From a bacterium (GTDB lineage Bacteria > Patescibacteriota > Minisyncoccia > Phycocordibacterales > UBA2100): a stretch of 64,000 nt of DNA. How positions within the stretch are numbered: position 1 is the first letter of the stretch; each line of letters begins with the position of its first letter. A program made the translations under genes and the position numbers. Below, piece after piece: positions 7,827 through 17,192 of this stretch. Location: NCBI GenBank assembly GCA_016789445.1, contig JAEUQT010000003.1, positions 82,600 to 146,599 on the forward strand, given 5' to 3'. Below the pieces are notes generated by a model. That model had not been told where the DNA came from. It saw nothing but the letters and a program-made list of their open reading frames with translations, and searched no databases.

Positions 7827-8048
7827 CTAGGCGGCCTGTTCCTGAGTGCTCGCGATACATTCTGACGGGAGCCAGTGATTGATGATCGATCCCTCGAATC
7901 TGACGGCAAACCATTCTATGCCGTCAACATCCTCAGAATCGACCACCTCGACACGTGCTCCTACCTTGGCGACCTGCGGCATGCCGCGATGATGCTTCGC
8001 CAACGTACCACGCCTCGGGATCGTCGATCCGTCTGCGTTTTCGTCCAT
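7827..8048 (-). CDS. hypothetical small protein (73 aa)
   Basis: Strong AAGGAGG Shine-Dalgarno sequence 6 nt upstream of the ATG; ORF track. Confidence 0.6.
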   Translation of the reverse strand: MDENADGSTIPRRGTLAKHHRGMPQVAKVGARVEVVDSEDVDGIEWFAVRFEGSIINHWLPSECIASTQEQAA

Positions 8049-8110
8049 GAAAGATCCTCCTTTCGAACGATGCGCGTACTATAACCGCCTGAGCGGTGCT
8101 TCATTTTGAT

Positions 8111-9034
8111 CTACCTGAGGATAACTGCTTCTTCTTCGAGCTCGACATCGAATTTCTCTTTCACTTCCCTTTTGATGCGATCGGCGAGTTCACGGACTTC
8201 GCTCGCTTTTGCGTTGCCGGTGTTTACGAGGTAGTTGGGATGCTGCTCACTCGATTGTGCACCACCGATCTGTGCTCCCTTGAGACCTACCTTCTCGATA
8301 AGCCAGCCTGCAGGTACTCTTCCTCCGCGGCTTTGGACACCCTTCTCTTCTTCAAACATGGAGACGATCGCCTGTGGTGCGATGGGATTCATGAAATAGG
8401 AACCTGCAGCGCGGACATTCTGGATGTGGCGCTTTTCACGCTCATGGATGGTCGCCTCAATGGCTGCAACGCTTTCGTTCGGATCGACTTTCTCAAGCTT
8501 CAGGTGCACCTTTGTGATGATCCACTCAGGGTTCTTCTTGAAATAACTTTGTCGGTACGCGAATTCGCACTCTGCATTCGCGAATTCGTGCGTGTCTTCG
8601 GTTTTAGTATTGATTGCGTGCGCATAGACGAGGAAGTCCTTTATCTCAGGACCGAAGGCTCCTGCGTTGCCGCGCACCGCACCGCCAAGGCTGCCTGGAA
8701 TGCCGGAGAGCTTCTCCCAGCCGCCGAGACCTTGTTCAGATGCTGAGCTGATGAGTGAGAGCAAATTGCATCCTGCGTCCGCTTCAAGAATGTCACCGGA
8801 AAATCCGAAATGGTTGCTCACGATGTGGATGACAAGGCCGTCGAAGCCTTCATCAGGAATGAGGAGATTACTTCCGCCGCCGAGGATGAAGAACGGAACG
8901 TCATGTTCACGTGCCCAACCGAGCGCGTCACGGATTTCCTCTTCGGTTTTCACCTCGACGTAGTGTTTTGCTGGCCCGCCGATCTCGAAGGTCGTGAGAC
9001 TAAAAAGTGGCTTATTATTAAGGATTTCTAACAT
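8111..9034 (-). CDS. murB: UDP-N-acetylenolpyruvoylglucosamine reductase
   Basis: FAD-binding MurB pattern (TTFEIGGPA, ILGGGSNLL, SGIPGSLGGAVRGNAGA, AGWLIE). The start is set at MLEILNNKPLF. Confidence 0.85.
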   Translation of the reverse strand: MLEILNNKPLFSLTTFEIGGPAKHYVEVKTEEEIRDALGWAREHDVPFFILGGGSNLLIPDEGFDGLVIHIVSNHFGFSGDILEADAGCNLLSLISSASEQGLGGWEKLSGIPGSLGGAVRGNAGAFGPEIKDFLVYAHAINTKTEDTHEFANAECEFAYRQSYFKKNPEWIITKVHLKLEKVDPNESVAAIEATIHEREKRHIQNVRAAGSYFMNPIAPQAIVSMFEEEKGVQSRGGRVPAGWLIEKVGLKGAQIGGAQSSEQHPNYLVNTGNAKASEVRELADRIKREVKEKFDVELEEEAVILR

Positions 9035-9101
9035 ATTGACATTTACACGTTTTGATGCTATTATTATATCAGAAATCAGCCAAGGGACAAAGGAGTACGT
9101 G

Positions 9102-9299
9102 ATGGTAAAAAAAATCCCCATCGAAGTCTGGGTAGGAATGATGGTAACCTCTTCCATTGCAGCCATAATCGTCATGGTAACTGCCAGCTTTTATACGGAC
9201 TGGGTGACCACCATGAAAATCGCGGCATCTGTCTTGGTTATGCTGATCCTCCTAAAATACCTTGCATACACTTGGATACTGAATTCCAAGAAGCTCTAA
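9102..9299 (+). CDS. hypothetical small membrane protein (65 aa)
   Basis: AAGGAG Shine-Dalgarno sequence before the ATG at 9102; two hydrophobic helices. Confidence 0.5.
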   Translation: MVKKIPIEVWVGMMVTSSIAAIIVMVTASFYTDWVTTMKIAASVLVMLILLKYLAYTWILNSKKL

Positions 9300-9345
9300 A
9301 TAATTACTGAACATCCTCAACTGGTTGCCCTCTTGGCAGCCAGTT

Positions 9346-11367
9346 TTATTTTTTACGCGTCTCCAGTTTCGATATTTCGTCACGGAGGAGTGCGGCAGTC
9401 TCAAAATCCAAGCGATCGGCTGCTTCGTGCATTTCTATACGCTTCTGCTTGATGAGTTTTTTGATGTCTCCCCCGGCCGCTGCCATGTCGCTCTCGGCGA
9501 GCGTCGCAACGGTACGATCACGCATCTTCTGGATGTCCCCGATGATGTCGTGGATCTTCTTGGCGACCGTCTTCGGCGTGATGCCGTGTTTTTTATTGTA
9601 CGCGATCTGGATTTCGCGACGACGGTTCGTCTCCCCTATCGCGCGCTCCATGGAGCCGGTCTGCATATCAGCATAGAGAAGGACGCGGCCGAGGACGTTG
9701 CGGGCGGCACGACCGATGGTCTGGATGAGTGACGTTTCCGAACGGAGGAAGCCTTCCTTATCGGCATCGAGGATGCCGACGAGTTCGACTTCAGGAAGAT
9801 CGAGTCCCTCGCGAAGCAGGTTCACGCCGACGAGGACATCGAACGCGCCTTTCCGGAAATCGGTGAGCGTCTCGATGCGATCGATGGTCTTCACATCGGA
9901 GTGGATGTAGCGCGTCTTGATGTCCTTCTCCTTCAGGAATTCCGTGAGATCTTCGGCCATCTTCTTGGTAAGGACGGTGACCATGGAGCGGCCGCCGCGC
10001 TTGGTGACGACTTCCGCTTCTTTGATGAAATCGCGTACCTGACCTTCGTAGCCGTCTTTCGCCACGATCGGGCGCACTTCGATCTCCGGATCGATGAGAC
10101 CGGTCGGGCGGATGATCATCTCGACCGGCTTCCCGCCTTCCTTGATCTCGAATTCACCTGGTGTCGCGGAGGTATAGATGGTCTGCCCTGTTTCTTTGCG
10201 GAACTCATCGAATTTCAACGGACGGTTATCGACCGCGCTGGGGAGGCGGAAGCCGTGCTCGATGAGCGTGAGCTTACGTGCACGATCACCTGCATACATC
10301 GCTCCCAACTGCGGCACGGTGACGTGGCTTTCATCGATGATGGTGAGGTAATCCGGCGTACCGTCGGCTTTGTGCGGGAAATACGAAAGGAGGGAATACG
10401 ATGGCTCGCCCGGTGCGCGGCGATCGAAGTGGCGCGAATAGTTTTCGATTCCCGAACAGAAACCGAACTCCTTGATCATCGCGAGATCCTGACGCGTGCG
10501 ACGCTTCAAACGTTCCGCCTCGAGGATCTTCCCTTCCTGATCGAGCTCCTTGAGGCGCTCTTTCAATTCGTGCTCGATATCCTTCACCGCCGCATCCATA
10601 ACATCCTTCGGCGTGACGTACTGTTTCGCCGGAAAGAGGAAAAGCTCAGGCAGTTCTTCGGTAATCGCGCGGGTGATGTGGTCCATCACCTCGATTTTCG
10701 AGACCTTTCCGCCCGCAAGATCGATGCGGTAGATGATGCGTTCCCCTGCGGGCATGAATTCGACGTAGGAACCGAGTGCACGGAAGGTCCCTGGGGAGAG
10801 ATCGCCCGTGGTGCGTTCGAAATACATTGCGATGAGTTTGCGGGTGAGATGGGCGCGCGTCATCGCTTCGCCTTTCTCCAATTTCACGATGTACTTCGCG
10901 TATTCCTGCGGATTACCGAGACCGTAGATGCACGAGACGGACGCCACGATGATGACGTCTTTACGCGTCAGGAGCGCTTGCGTCGCCGCATGGCGCAGAC
11001 GCTCGATGTCTTCGTTGATCATCGCCTCCTTCTCGATATAGGTGTCGGTGACCGGTACGTACGCTTCCGGCTGGTAGTAGTCGTAGTAGGAGACGAAGTA
11101 GTGGACCGCCGCGTCCGGGAAGAATTCGCGGTACTCGGCGGCGAGCTGCGCGGCGAGCGTCTTGTTGTGGGCGATGACCAGTGTGGCTTTTCCGTGCTTC
11201 GCGATGACGTTCGCCATCGTGTAGGTCTTTCCGGAACCGGTGACACCGAGGAGCGTCTGATCACGCTTTCCCTCCTGAAGCCCTTTCATCATGGCTGAAA
11301 TAGCCTGCGGCTGGTCGCCGGAGGGTTCGTAGTCGCTCGTGAGGGTGAACGGAGATTGATTTTTCAC
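9346..11367 (-). CDS. uvrB: excinuclease ABC subunit B
   Basis: 673 aa. Helicase motifs ([12 protein letters not shown]), a beta-hairpin region and a C-terminal UVR domain ([12 protein letters not shown]). Confidence 0.95.
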   Translation of the reverse strand: MKNQSPFTLTSDYEPSGDQPQAISAMMKGLQEGKRDQTLLGVTGSGKTYTMANVIAKHGKATLVIAHNKTLAAQLAAEYREFFPDAAVHYFVSYYDYYQPEAYVPVTDTYIEKEAMINEDIERLRHAATQALLTRKDVIIVASVSCIYGLGNPQEYAKYIVKLEKGEAMTRAHLTRKLIAMYFERTTGDLSPGTFRALGSYVEFMPAGERIIYRIDLAGGKVSKIEVMDHITRAITEELPELFLFPAKQYVTPKDVMDAAVKDIEHELKERLKELDQEGKILEAERLKRRTRQDLAMIKEFGFCSGIENYSRHFDRRAPGEPSYSLLSYFPHKADGTPDYLTIIDESHVTVPQLGAMYAGDRARKLTLIEHGFRLPSAVDNRPLKFDEFRKETGQTIYTSATPGEFEIKEGGKPVEMIIRPTGLIDPEIEVRPIVAKDGYEGQVRDFIKEAEVVTKRGGRSMVTVLTKKMAEDLTEFLKEKDIKTRYIHSDVKTIDRIETLTDFRKGAFDVLVGVNLLREGLDLPEVELVGILDADKEGFLRSETSLIQTIGRAARNVLGRVLLYADMQTGSMERAIGETNRRREIQIAYNKKHGITPKTVAKKIHDIIGDIQKMRDRTVATLAESDMAAAGGDIKKLIKQKRIEMHEAADRLDFETAALLRDEISKLETRKK

Positions 11368-11414
11368 AGGTACATGGTATTATTTTTCGAGCTATTCTGC
11401 AAACGGAGGGACAC

Positions 11415-11621
11415 GTGACGACATTCATGCAGGAGCTTCGTAAGAACCAGAAGAAATTCGGGAAACGACTCAGTGTCGGCGAACTGCAGATGCGCATCCA
11501 GTCAGAGGAGAAATTCCGCGAGGATGACCCTGCAGAAGCCGCGGCCCAGCAGCGACTCATCGAGTCACTCAAAGCCCAGCGCGACAAGCGCTTGAAACGA
11601 CTATTCAACGGCAGCCGCTAG
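11415..11621 (+). CDS. hypothetical small protein (68 aa, GTG start)
   Basis: GGAGGG Shine-Dalgarno sequence; charged helical sequence; a terminator overlaps its stop. Confidence 0.5.
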   Translation: MTTFMQELRKNQKKFGKRLSVGELQMRIQSEEKFREDDPAEAAAQQRLIESLKAQRDKRLKRLFNGSR

Positions 11622-11638
11622 GCTGCCGTTTCTTTTTT
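11610..11638 (+). terminator. intrinsic terminator
   Basis: GGCAGCC-GCTA-GGCTGCC followed by GTTTCTTTTTT. Confidence 0.7.
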
Positions 11639-12884
11639 AATCGAGCACCAAGACGGCGCTCTGGCGCTTCCCTCGCTTCAATATCGCGAGATTGTTCTGG
11701 AAATCCGATTCTTGGAGGACACGCGCGACATCGGTCACCTTTTCATCGCCGAGGGAGATGGCTCCGTCTTCGATGAATTGACGGGCCTCACGCTTCGAGG
11801 CCGCAAGATTGGCTGCGATCAGCGCATCAACGACCGGAAGACCGAGCTGGATGCCGGCATTCGGCGCTTCCTGCGCGAGGAGTTGTCTCGCATCGCGCGA
11901 GACTTCTGCGAGGGTTTTCTCTCCGAAGAGGACTGCCGAGACGTTTTCTGCATTCTCTGCTGCCTCGGCGCCATGCACGATCGTGGTGACGGCGCGTGCG
12001 AGCTCCTTCTGCGCGAGACGCGAGCCCGGCTCCCCTTTGTGGGCATTCATGATGCTCTCCACTTCGTGGAAATGCAGGAGCGTGAGCTTGAGGAGAAGCT
12101 CCTCGACCGCTTCGTCGTCGACATTGAGGAAGAACTGGTAGAAGGCATAGGGGGAGGTCTTTTTCGGATCGAGCCAGATCGCGCCCTGTTCGCTCTTGCC
12201 GAACTTCTTACCGGTGGATTTATTCACGATGAGCGGCCACGTAAGCGCATGGACTTCCTTCTCGCTCCTGCGGCGGATGAATTCGACGCCCGCGAGAAGA
12301 TTGGACCACTGATCGGAGCCGCCGACCTGCAGATCGACGCCGTAGGTGTCGTTGAGATGGAAATAATCGTAGCCCTGCAACAAGGAGTAGCTGAATTCCG
12401 TGAACGAGATCGGGGATTCGGCATCAAGACGGTTCTTCACGATATCCTTCTTGATCATCGCATTCACCGTGAAGTGTTTGCCGACATCGCGGAGGAATTC
12501 GAGGAGCTTCAGTTTCGAGAGCCACTCGGCGTTGTTCACTTCGATGAAATCCGAGGAGCCGAAGACCTGACGGATCTGCTTCGCGACCGCCTTCGTGTTG
12601 TGTTCGATCGTCGCTTCGTCGAGAAGATTGCGCTCGGCGCTCTTTCCTCCCGGATCGCCGATCATGCCGGTGCCACCGCCGGTAAGGATGACGATGCGGT
12701 GTCCTGCTTCGAGGAACCGACGAAGGACGATGAGCCCCATCAGGTTACCGACATGCAAGGAGTCCGCACTCGGATCGATGCCGAGGTAGAGCGTGCGCTT
12801 CTCACCGTCGGTGATCTCTTCGAGGGTTTCAGACGAATGCTGGTGGACATAGCCACGCTGGCGCAGGAGTTCTGAAAGCTTCAT
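11637..12884 (-). CDS. tyrS: tyrosine--tRNA ligase
   Basis: 415 aa. HIGH-type motif (LHVGNL), KFGKS (KMSKS-type), and a C-terminal S4-like domain. Confidence 0.95.
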   Translation of the reverse strand: MKLSELLRQRGYVHQHSSETLEEITDGEKRTLYLGIDPSADSLHVGNLMGLIVLRRFLEAGHRIVILTGGGTGMIGDPGGKSAERNLLDEATIEHNTKAVAKQIRQVFGSSDFIEVNNAEWLSKLKLLEFLRDVGKHFTVNAMIKKDIVKNRLDAESPISFTEFSYSLLQGYDYFHLNDTYGVDLQVGGSDQWSNLLAGVEFIRRRSEKEVHALTWPLIVNKSTGKKFGKSEQGAIWLDPKKTSPYAFYQFFLNVDDEAVEELLLKLTLLHFHEVESIMNAHKGEPGSRLAQKELARAVTTIVHGAEAAENAENVSAVLFGEKTLAEVSRDARQLLAQEAPNAGIQLGLPVVDALIAANLAASKREARQFIEDGAISLGDEKVTDVARVLQESDFQNNLAILKRGKRQSAVLVLD

Positions 12885-13024
12885 CCCATTAGAAATAGAA
12901 CACGGACTACAAAGTTCCGCACTCTACTTCATTACGGCATATAAAACCGACCTGTATGAGAAGTTCAGATTTCGCGCGTCCGCGATTTCTAACGGGATAC
13001 ATGCAGCAGAATATAGCACGGATT

Positions 13025-13053
13025 CAAAAAGCGGGTGTCCGGTAGGACACCCG
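13025..13053 (-). terminator. intrinsic terminator/attenuator-like hairpin upstream of tyrS
   Basis: GGGTGTCC-GGTA-GGACACCC. On the minus strand it is followed by GCTTTTTG. Confidence 0.65.
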
Positions 13054-13141
13054 AGGCTGCATTCGCGGATACGGGAGATGGGCAGGGCGCACCTCTGTTC
13101 CGTGTTCATTGCATCATGCGGCCAGCCGGTGTGGGTGGGAT

Positions 13142-13172
13142 GAAAAGAAAAGGCCTCGCTGACGCGAGGCCT
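13142..13172 (-). terminator. intrinsic terminator
   Basis: AGGCCTCGC-TGAC-GCGAGGCCT. On the minus strand it is followed by TTTCTTTTC. Confidence 0.65.
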
Positions 13173-13278
13173 GTAAGGTGCGAATGCGGCGAATGCCTCC
13201 ATAGTGGTGGCAGTTGACTTCAGAGACAGTCCCCCGATTCGTCCCGTGAATATACCACAGATTCATGATGTGTCCATG

Positions 13279-13303
13279 AAAAAGGGCCATCGGAGGATGG
13301 CCC
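13279..13303 (-). terminator. intrinsic terminator
   Basis: GGGCCATC-GGAG-GATGGCCC. On the minus strand it is followed by TTTTT. Confidence 0.65.
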
Positions 13304-13395
13304 AAGTCACGTGGCTGTGCACTTGCAAACGCAGCGCCGTTTCCGAACTTCGGAGAAGCGCAACTACATACACTGTAGCAAGCCCCGCTAATGCG

Positions 13396-13788
13396 TCAAA
13401 TGCGGCCGTCGCGGATATTTTCGCGATGCCTTACTTCGTGCTCATCGAGGCCCATGTAGTGCCCGACTTCATGCCAGATTGTTTCCGCGACCACCTGCGC
13501 TACTGAGAGCTCATCTTCTTGAGCAGCATGCTCGATGGGCAGCTGGTAGAGCGTGATGGTATCCGGCATGGTGATCCCGACGCCGTAGTGATCGCCGCGC
13601 GCGGTAAGCGGGATGCCTTGGTAGTAGCCGAGGAGCGTTTCGTCTTCTTCGAGACCTTCGCGCACTCTCACTTCCTCAGACGGTTCATCTTCGATGAGAA
13701 TGGCGACGTTCTTGATCTTCGCGCGCACCCATTCCGGCAGCTTCTCGTAGCCTTCTTCGATCAGCTTCTCGAATTCCTCCCGTGACAT
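13396..13788 (-). CDS. small zinc metallopeptidase-family protein (130 aa)
   Basis: HExxH motif (WHEVGHYMG) in a short acidic protein, resembling the minimal zincin family. Confidence 0.7.
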   Translation of the reverse strand: MSREEFEKLIEEGYEKLPEWVRAKIKNVAILIEDEPSEEVRVREGLEEDETLLGYYQGIPLTARGDHYGVGITMPDTITLYQLPIEHAAQEDELSVAQVVAETIWHEVGHYMGLDEHEVRHRENIRDGRI

Positions 13789-13803
13789 CAGCGCATCCTA
13801 GTA

Positions 13804-14340
13804 TCACACACCGGGATTCACAAGCTCGGCGAATCGTTTGCGGACTTTCTCGATCTTCGGCTCGATGACGAGCATGCAATACGGCGCTGATGTGTGGTTG
13901 GCGTAGTAGTTCCGGTGGTAATCCTCTGCGGGATAAAAGTCCGTTGCGGGAACGAGCTGCGTAACGACGCGCGTGCCGTCGTTGAGGGACTCATCCACTT
14001 CCTTGATGATGCGTTCGGCGGTCTTCTTCTCTTCCTCGTCGGCGTAGAAAATGATGGAGCGGTACTGTTCGCCGATGTCGTTCCCCTGCCGGTTCGGCGT
14101 CGTCGGATCGTGCGAGCCGAAAAAGACCGTGATGAGGTCTTCGTAGCTGACGAGCGAAGGATCGTACGTGATACGGATCACTTCCGCGTGACCGGTAGTT
14201 CCGGCACTCACTTCGGCGTACGTCGGATTCACGACGTGGCCACCGGCGTATCCCGGTTCGACTTTCGTCACGCCCTTCAGCATCAGGAATACCGCCTCCG
14301 TGCACCAGAAGCAACCGTTGCCGAAGACCACCTGCTTCAT
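13804..14340 (-). CDS. msrA: peptide-methionine (S)-S-oxide reductase
   Basis: GCFWC active-site motif and the overall MsrA pattern (GHAEV, YHRNY). Confidence 0.92.
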   Translation of the reverse strand: MKQVVFGNGCFWCTEAVFLMLKGVTKVEPGYAGGHVVNPTYAEVSAGTTGHAEVIRITYDPSLVSYEDLITVFFGSHDPTTPNRQGNDIGEQYRSIIFYADEEEKKTAERIIKEVDESLNDGTRVVTQLVPATDFYPAEDYHRNYYANHTSAPYCMLVIEPKIEKVRKRFAELVNPGV

Positions 14341-15254
14341 ACCGCTTGGGCAACCGCTTCAGGCAGTTTGGGTGAATTGAGCTGCGCGACCTTGTACATG
14401 GCAAAAAGCAGGATCGCGGCGGCGAGGTATTGGGTCCAGATGAGCGTCGTGCCGTAGAGGAAGTAGTCGATGATGATGGCGGTCATCGGGAACGCGAGCT
14501 CCACGATCGCCGAGATACGCGCAGGAGTCGTTTTCAGGCCGCGATAATAGATCCACAGCGCGAGCATGCCGGTGGAGAGCGCGATGCCGAAGAGTGTGAG
14601 AAGTTGGATCCCCGTGACCGCGGTGACGGAATCAAGCTGGCCGAAACCGATCACGAATCCGAATGCCAAGGGAACGGTGAGGAGGAACCGCATACCGGTT
14701 ACCAAGGTATTGCTGTGTCCGATGAGCACGTAGCGCGAGAAGGCGGTGGAGGAACCCCACGCGATCGCCGCAGCGAGCGCCAGAAGCGCGGCGCTGACGT
14801 GTGCACCATCTCCCGACATATTCACGACGCCGTTCGGGAAGGTCATGAAGTATCCGGCGACCAAGGCGAGTGCGGCCCACGGCAGATACTTGGTACTCAC
14901 CTTTTCCCCGAGCACGAACCACGCCGTGATGATGGTGAAGATCGGCTGCAGCTTCTGGAGGAGGAAGACGACGCTGAAGGAGATGTAATTGACCTTCATC
15001 AGTGCCGTCGTGAAAAAAAGCGTCCCGAGGACGCCTGAAAGAAGCGAGACGAGGCCGAGCGCGGTGAGTTCGTTCTTGCTGAGCACTTCCTCCTTCCATG
15101 CTTTCCAGAGGAACGGCGCGATGAGGATGGCGCCGATGAGGTGTTCATAGAACACGATCGTTGCCGGCGGGAGACCGTAGAGCGAGCGTCGCAGGATGCC
15201 ATCCAGGCCCCACAAGACAGCGGCGATGAAGATAAGCAGAGGCCCGTACTGCAT
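14337..15254 (-). CDS. EamA/DMT-family transporter
   Basis: 305 aa with about 10 TM helices in two EamA-like halves. Overlaps the msrA start by 4 nt. Confidence 0.8.
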   Translation of the reverse strand: MQYGPLLIFIAAVLWGLDGILRRSLYGLPPATIVFYEHLIGAILIAPFLWKAWKEEVLSKNELTALGLVSLLSGVLGTLFFTTALMKVNYISFSVVFLLQKLQPIFTIITAWFVLGEKVSTKYLPWAALALVAGYFMTFPNGVVNMSGDGAHVSAALLALAAAIAWGSSTAFSRYVLIGHSNTLVTGMRFLLTVPLAFGFVIGFGQLDSVTAVTGIQLLTLFGIALSTGMLALWIYYRGLKTTPARISAIVELAFPMTAIIIDYFLYGTTLIWTQYLAAAILLFAMYKVAQLNSPKLPEAVAQAV

Positions 15255-15280
15255 AGCGGCAGTATACCGCGAAACGACGC

Positions 15281-16741
15281 CTATTCCGACTTCGGGCGAA
15301 GGAGCGGGAAGATCTGGGATTCGTGGGCGGGGCGATTCTCGAGAAACGCGAATAATCTCTCCGAGACGCCGAAGCCGAAGGCCGGCGGCATGCCGTATTC
15401 CATCGCTTTCACGTAATCCTCGTCGAGGCGCTGCGCTTCGTCATCGCCTGCATCGCGGAGTTGTTGTTGTTCTTCAAAGCGTGCGCGCTGATCCTGCGGG
15501 TCGTTGAGTTCGCTGAAGCCCTTGCCGACTTCGGAGCCGGCGATAAGAACCTGGAATCGTTCGACGACATTCGGATTCGTCTTCGAGCGTTTCGCGAGCG
15601 GTTCGAGATAGACCGGAACACCGACGAGGAATGCCGGGCCTGAAATCTTCTTGCGGAGCTGCTTCCAGAGATTATCGATGGCGCGTGCTTTGTTGGGCGA
15701 ATCGCCGAGGTCCACTTTCGCGTCGCGTGCGGCCTGGATGGCCTCCTCTTCGGTGCAGCTGATCGGATTCACGCCGAATGCCTTCTCGATCTCCTCGCAG
15801 AAATCGACGAGCGGCCATTCTTCAGCAAAATCGACGGTGTGCTCCCCTATTTCGAACGTGTATTTCGCATAGACCGCATTCACGATGTGACGATAGAGAT
15901 CCTTCGTGAACTCCATCCCCTTTTTCATGTCGCTGTAGGCCTCGTACGTCTCGAGCTGGACGTAATCCTGCAGGTGTTCGCGTGACTGGCCTTCGTTGCG
16001 GAAGATGCGGCCGATCTCGAAGACCTTCGGGAACCCCGCGACGAGAAGACGCTTCTGCCACAATTCCAGCGAGATACGGAGGTACACATCCATATCCAGC
16101 GAGTTGTGCTTCGTGATGAACGGACGCGCATCGGCGCCGCCGGGGGAATTCTCAAGGACCGGCGTCTCGACTTCGACGAAACCTTTCAGCGTGAGGAATT
16201 CGCGGATCGATCGCCAGAATGCGGCGCGGCGCTCGAACATGGCGCGGACATCTTCGTTGAGGAGGATGTCGAGGTATCGCTGGCGCAATATCGCTTCCTC
16301 GTCTTTGAGGCCGAACCACTGATCGGGGATCGGCATGAGGCTCTTCGCGAGCATCTTCCATTCCTTTACCTTGAGCGATTGGTGACCGCGCTGCGTCTTG
16401 AACGCGATGCCGCTTACCTGTATGAAATCACCGATATCCGCGGCCGAGGCGAAAAGATCGAACAGCGCATCATCGAATTCCCCTTTCTGGAAGACGGCCT
16501 GCGCCTTGCCGGTACCGTCGAAGAGATCGACGAACATGATGCCGCCTTGGCCGCGCTTGGACATGACACGGCCCGCGAGGGTGACGGGTGTCGCGGATGC
16601 TTCGAGATCATCGAAACGTAGGAGAAAATCTGCAGCGTCGGTGTCTTTTTCGGTTTGTGCCGGATACGGCTCCATTCCTGCGAGCTGGAGGAGCTCCAAT
16701 TTCTTCAACCGATCCTGCTTGAGGTCGTCGCCGCTTGCCAT
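15281..16741 (-). CDS. lysS: lysine--tRNA ligase (class II)
   Basis: 486 aa. OB-fold N-domain and class II motifs (FRNEG, GGADARPF, GFGVSERL). Confidence 0.95.
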   Translation of the reverse strand: MASGDDLKQDRLKKLELLQLAGMEPYPAQTEKDTDAADFLLRFDDLEASATPVTLAGRVMSKRGQGGIMFVDLFDGTGKAQAVFQKGEFDDALFDLFASAADIGDFIQVSGIAFKTQRGHQSLKVKEWKMLAKSLMPIPDQWFGLKDEEAILRQRYLDILLNEDVRAMFERRAAFWRSIREFLTLKGFVEVETPVLENSPGGADARPFITKHNSLDMDVYLRISLELWQKRLLVAGFPKVFEIGRIFRNEGQSREHLQDYVQLETYEAYSDMKKGMEFTKDLYRHIVNAVYAKYTFEIGEHTVDFAEEWPLVDFCEEIEKAFGVNPISCTEEEAIQAARDAKVDLGDSPNKARAIDNLWKQLRKKISGPAFLVGVPVYLEPLAKRSKTNPNVVERFQVLIAGSEVGKGFSELNDPQDQRARFEEQQQLRDAGDDEAQRLDEDYVKAMEYGMPPAFGFGVSERLFAFLENRPAHESQIFPLLRPKSE

Positions 16742-16759
16742 GAGTGAGAATATAGCACG

Positions 16760-17185
16760 CTACTCGGCCGCTACGCAGTCGGCGTAGGTGATGCTCTCAC
16801 CCTCCTGCAGATACGCGTCGTTACCCTTGCCGCGGAATTCGATGGTCTCCGAACTGTTGGTGTAGCGGATGCCGCTGCCGGAGATGGCCTGATTGAGCGT
16901 GAGTTGTCGGCCGTCGGAGAGCGTGAGATCGACGAGGTCGCGTACGAAGACCGCGGTCATCGTCTTGCCGCCGCTGCAGGTGAAGGTCGCCAAGGCCTCT
17001 TCGCCGCCATGCGCGCTTACCTCGCTGCTCTCCGGTGGCGGGGATTCCTCATGGCCGCGTTGCTGCTGCGGTTTCGGCGGAAGCGCGTCGTTGTGCGCGG
17101 TCTCGATATTGAGCGACGTGTAGTACCACAGACTGCCCGAGAGGATGACGATGGCTGCAGCGATGAGTGCGTACATCTTATTCAT
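16760..17185 (-). CDS. MliC-like (lysozyme-inhibitor fold) secreted/anchored protein
   Basis: From MNKMYAL: an N-terminal TM segment, then FTCSGGKTMTAVF...LNQAISGSGIRY...FRGKGNDAYL, typical of MliC-family domains. Confidence 0.6.
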   Translation of the reverse strand: MNKMYALIAAAIVILSGSLWYYTSLNIETAHNDALPPKPQQQRGHEESPPPESSEVSAHGGEEALATFTCSGGKTMTAVFVRDLVDLTLSDGRQLTLNQAISGSGIRYTNSSETIEFRGKGNDAYLQEGESITYADCVAAE

Positions 17186-17192
17186 ACCGGAA

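Noticed and set aside
5104-7914. N-terminal extensions offered by the ORF track for uvrA (936 aa), murB (8111-9175), hsdM (48555-50255), the MliC-like gene (16760-17398), the TMEM175-like gene (28744-29502), the HxlR gene (54729-55211) and others.
   Set aside because: The extensions are non-homologous and low-complexity, or they overlap neighbouring genes or promoters. Internal starts restore the canonical family N-termini and usually have a Shine-Dalgarno sequence.
9901-11298. Very long ORFs antisense to well-supported genes. Examples: 465 aa opposite uvrB; 57847-59331 (494 aa) opposite the histidine kinase; 11712-12875 opposite tyrS; 17145-18356 opposite the YibE/F gene; 3019-3891 opposite uvrC; 52757-53701; 26532-27416; 27352-28242.
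   Set aside because: These are typical shadow ORFs of GC-rich DNA. Their translations are low-complexity (R/D/E/H/A-rich) with no recognisable motifs, while the opposite strand encodes clear family members.
12924-13202. 92-aa ORF in the tyrS upstream region, and the 80-aa Arg-rich ORF at 28474-28716.
   Set aside because: Both run straight through two or more terminator hairpins, lack ribosome-binding sites, and have implausible composition.
12885-13395. T-box riboswitch upstream of tyrS.
   Set aside because: The terminator position is suggestive. However, I could not find the conserved T-box sequence (GGGUGGUACCGCG-like), a specifier loop with a Tyr codon in a Stem I context, or the AG-bulge/distal-loop motifs. 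The region is reported only as an unexplained terminator array.
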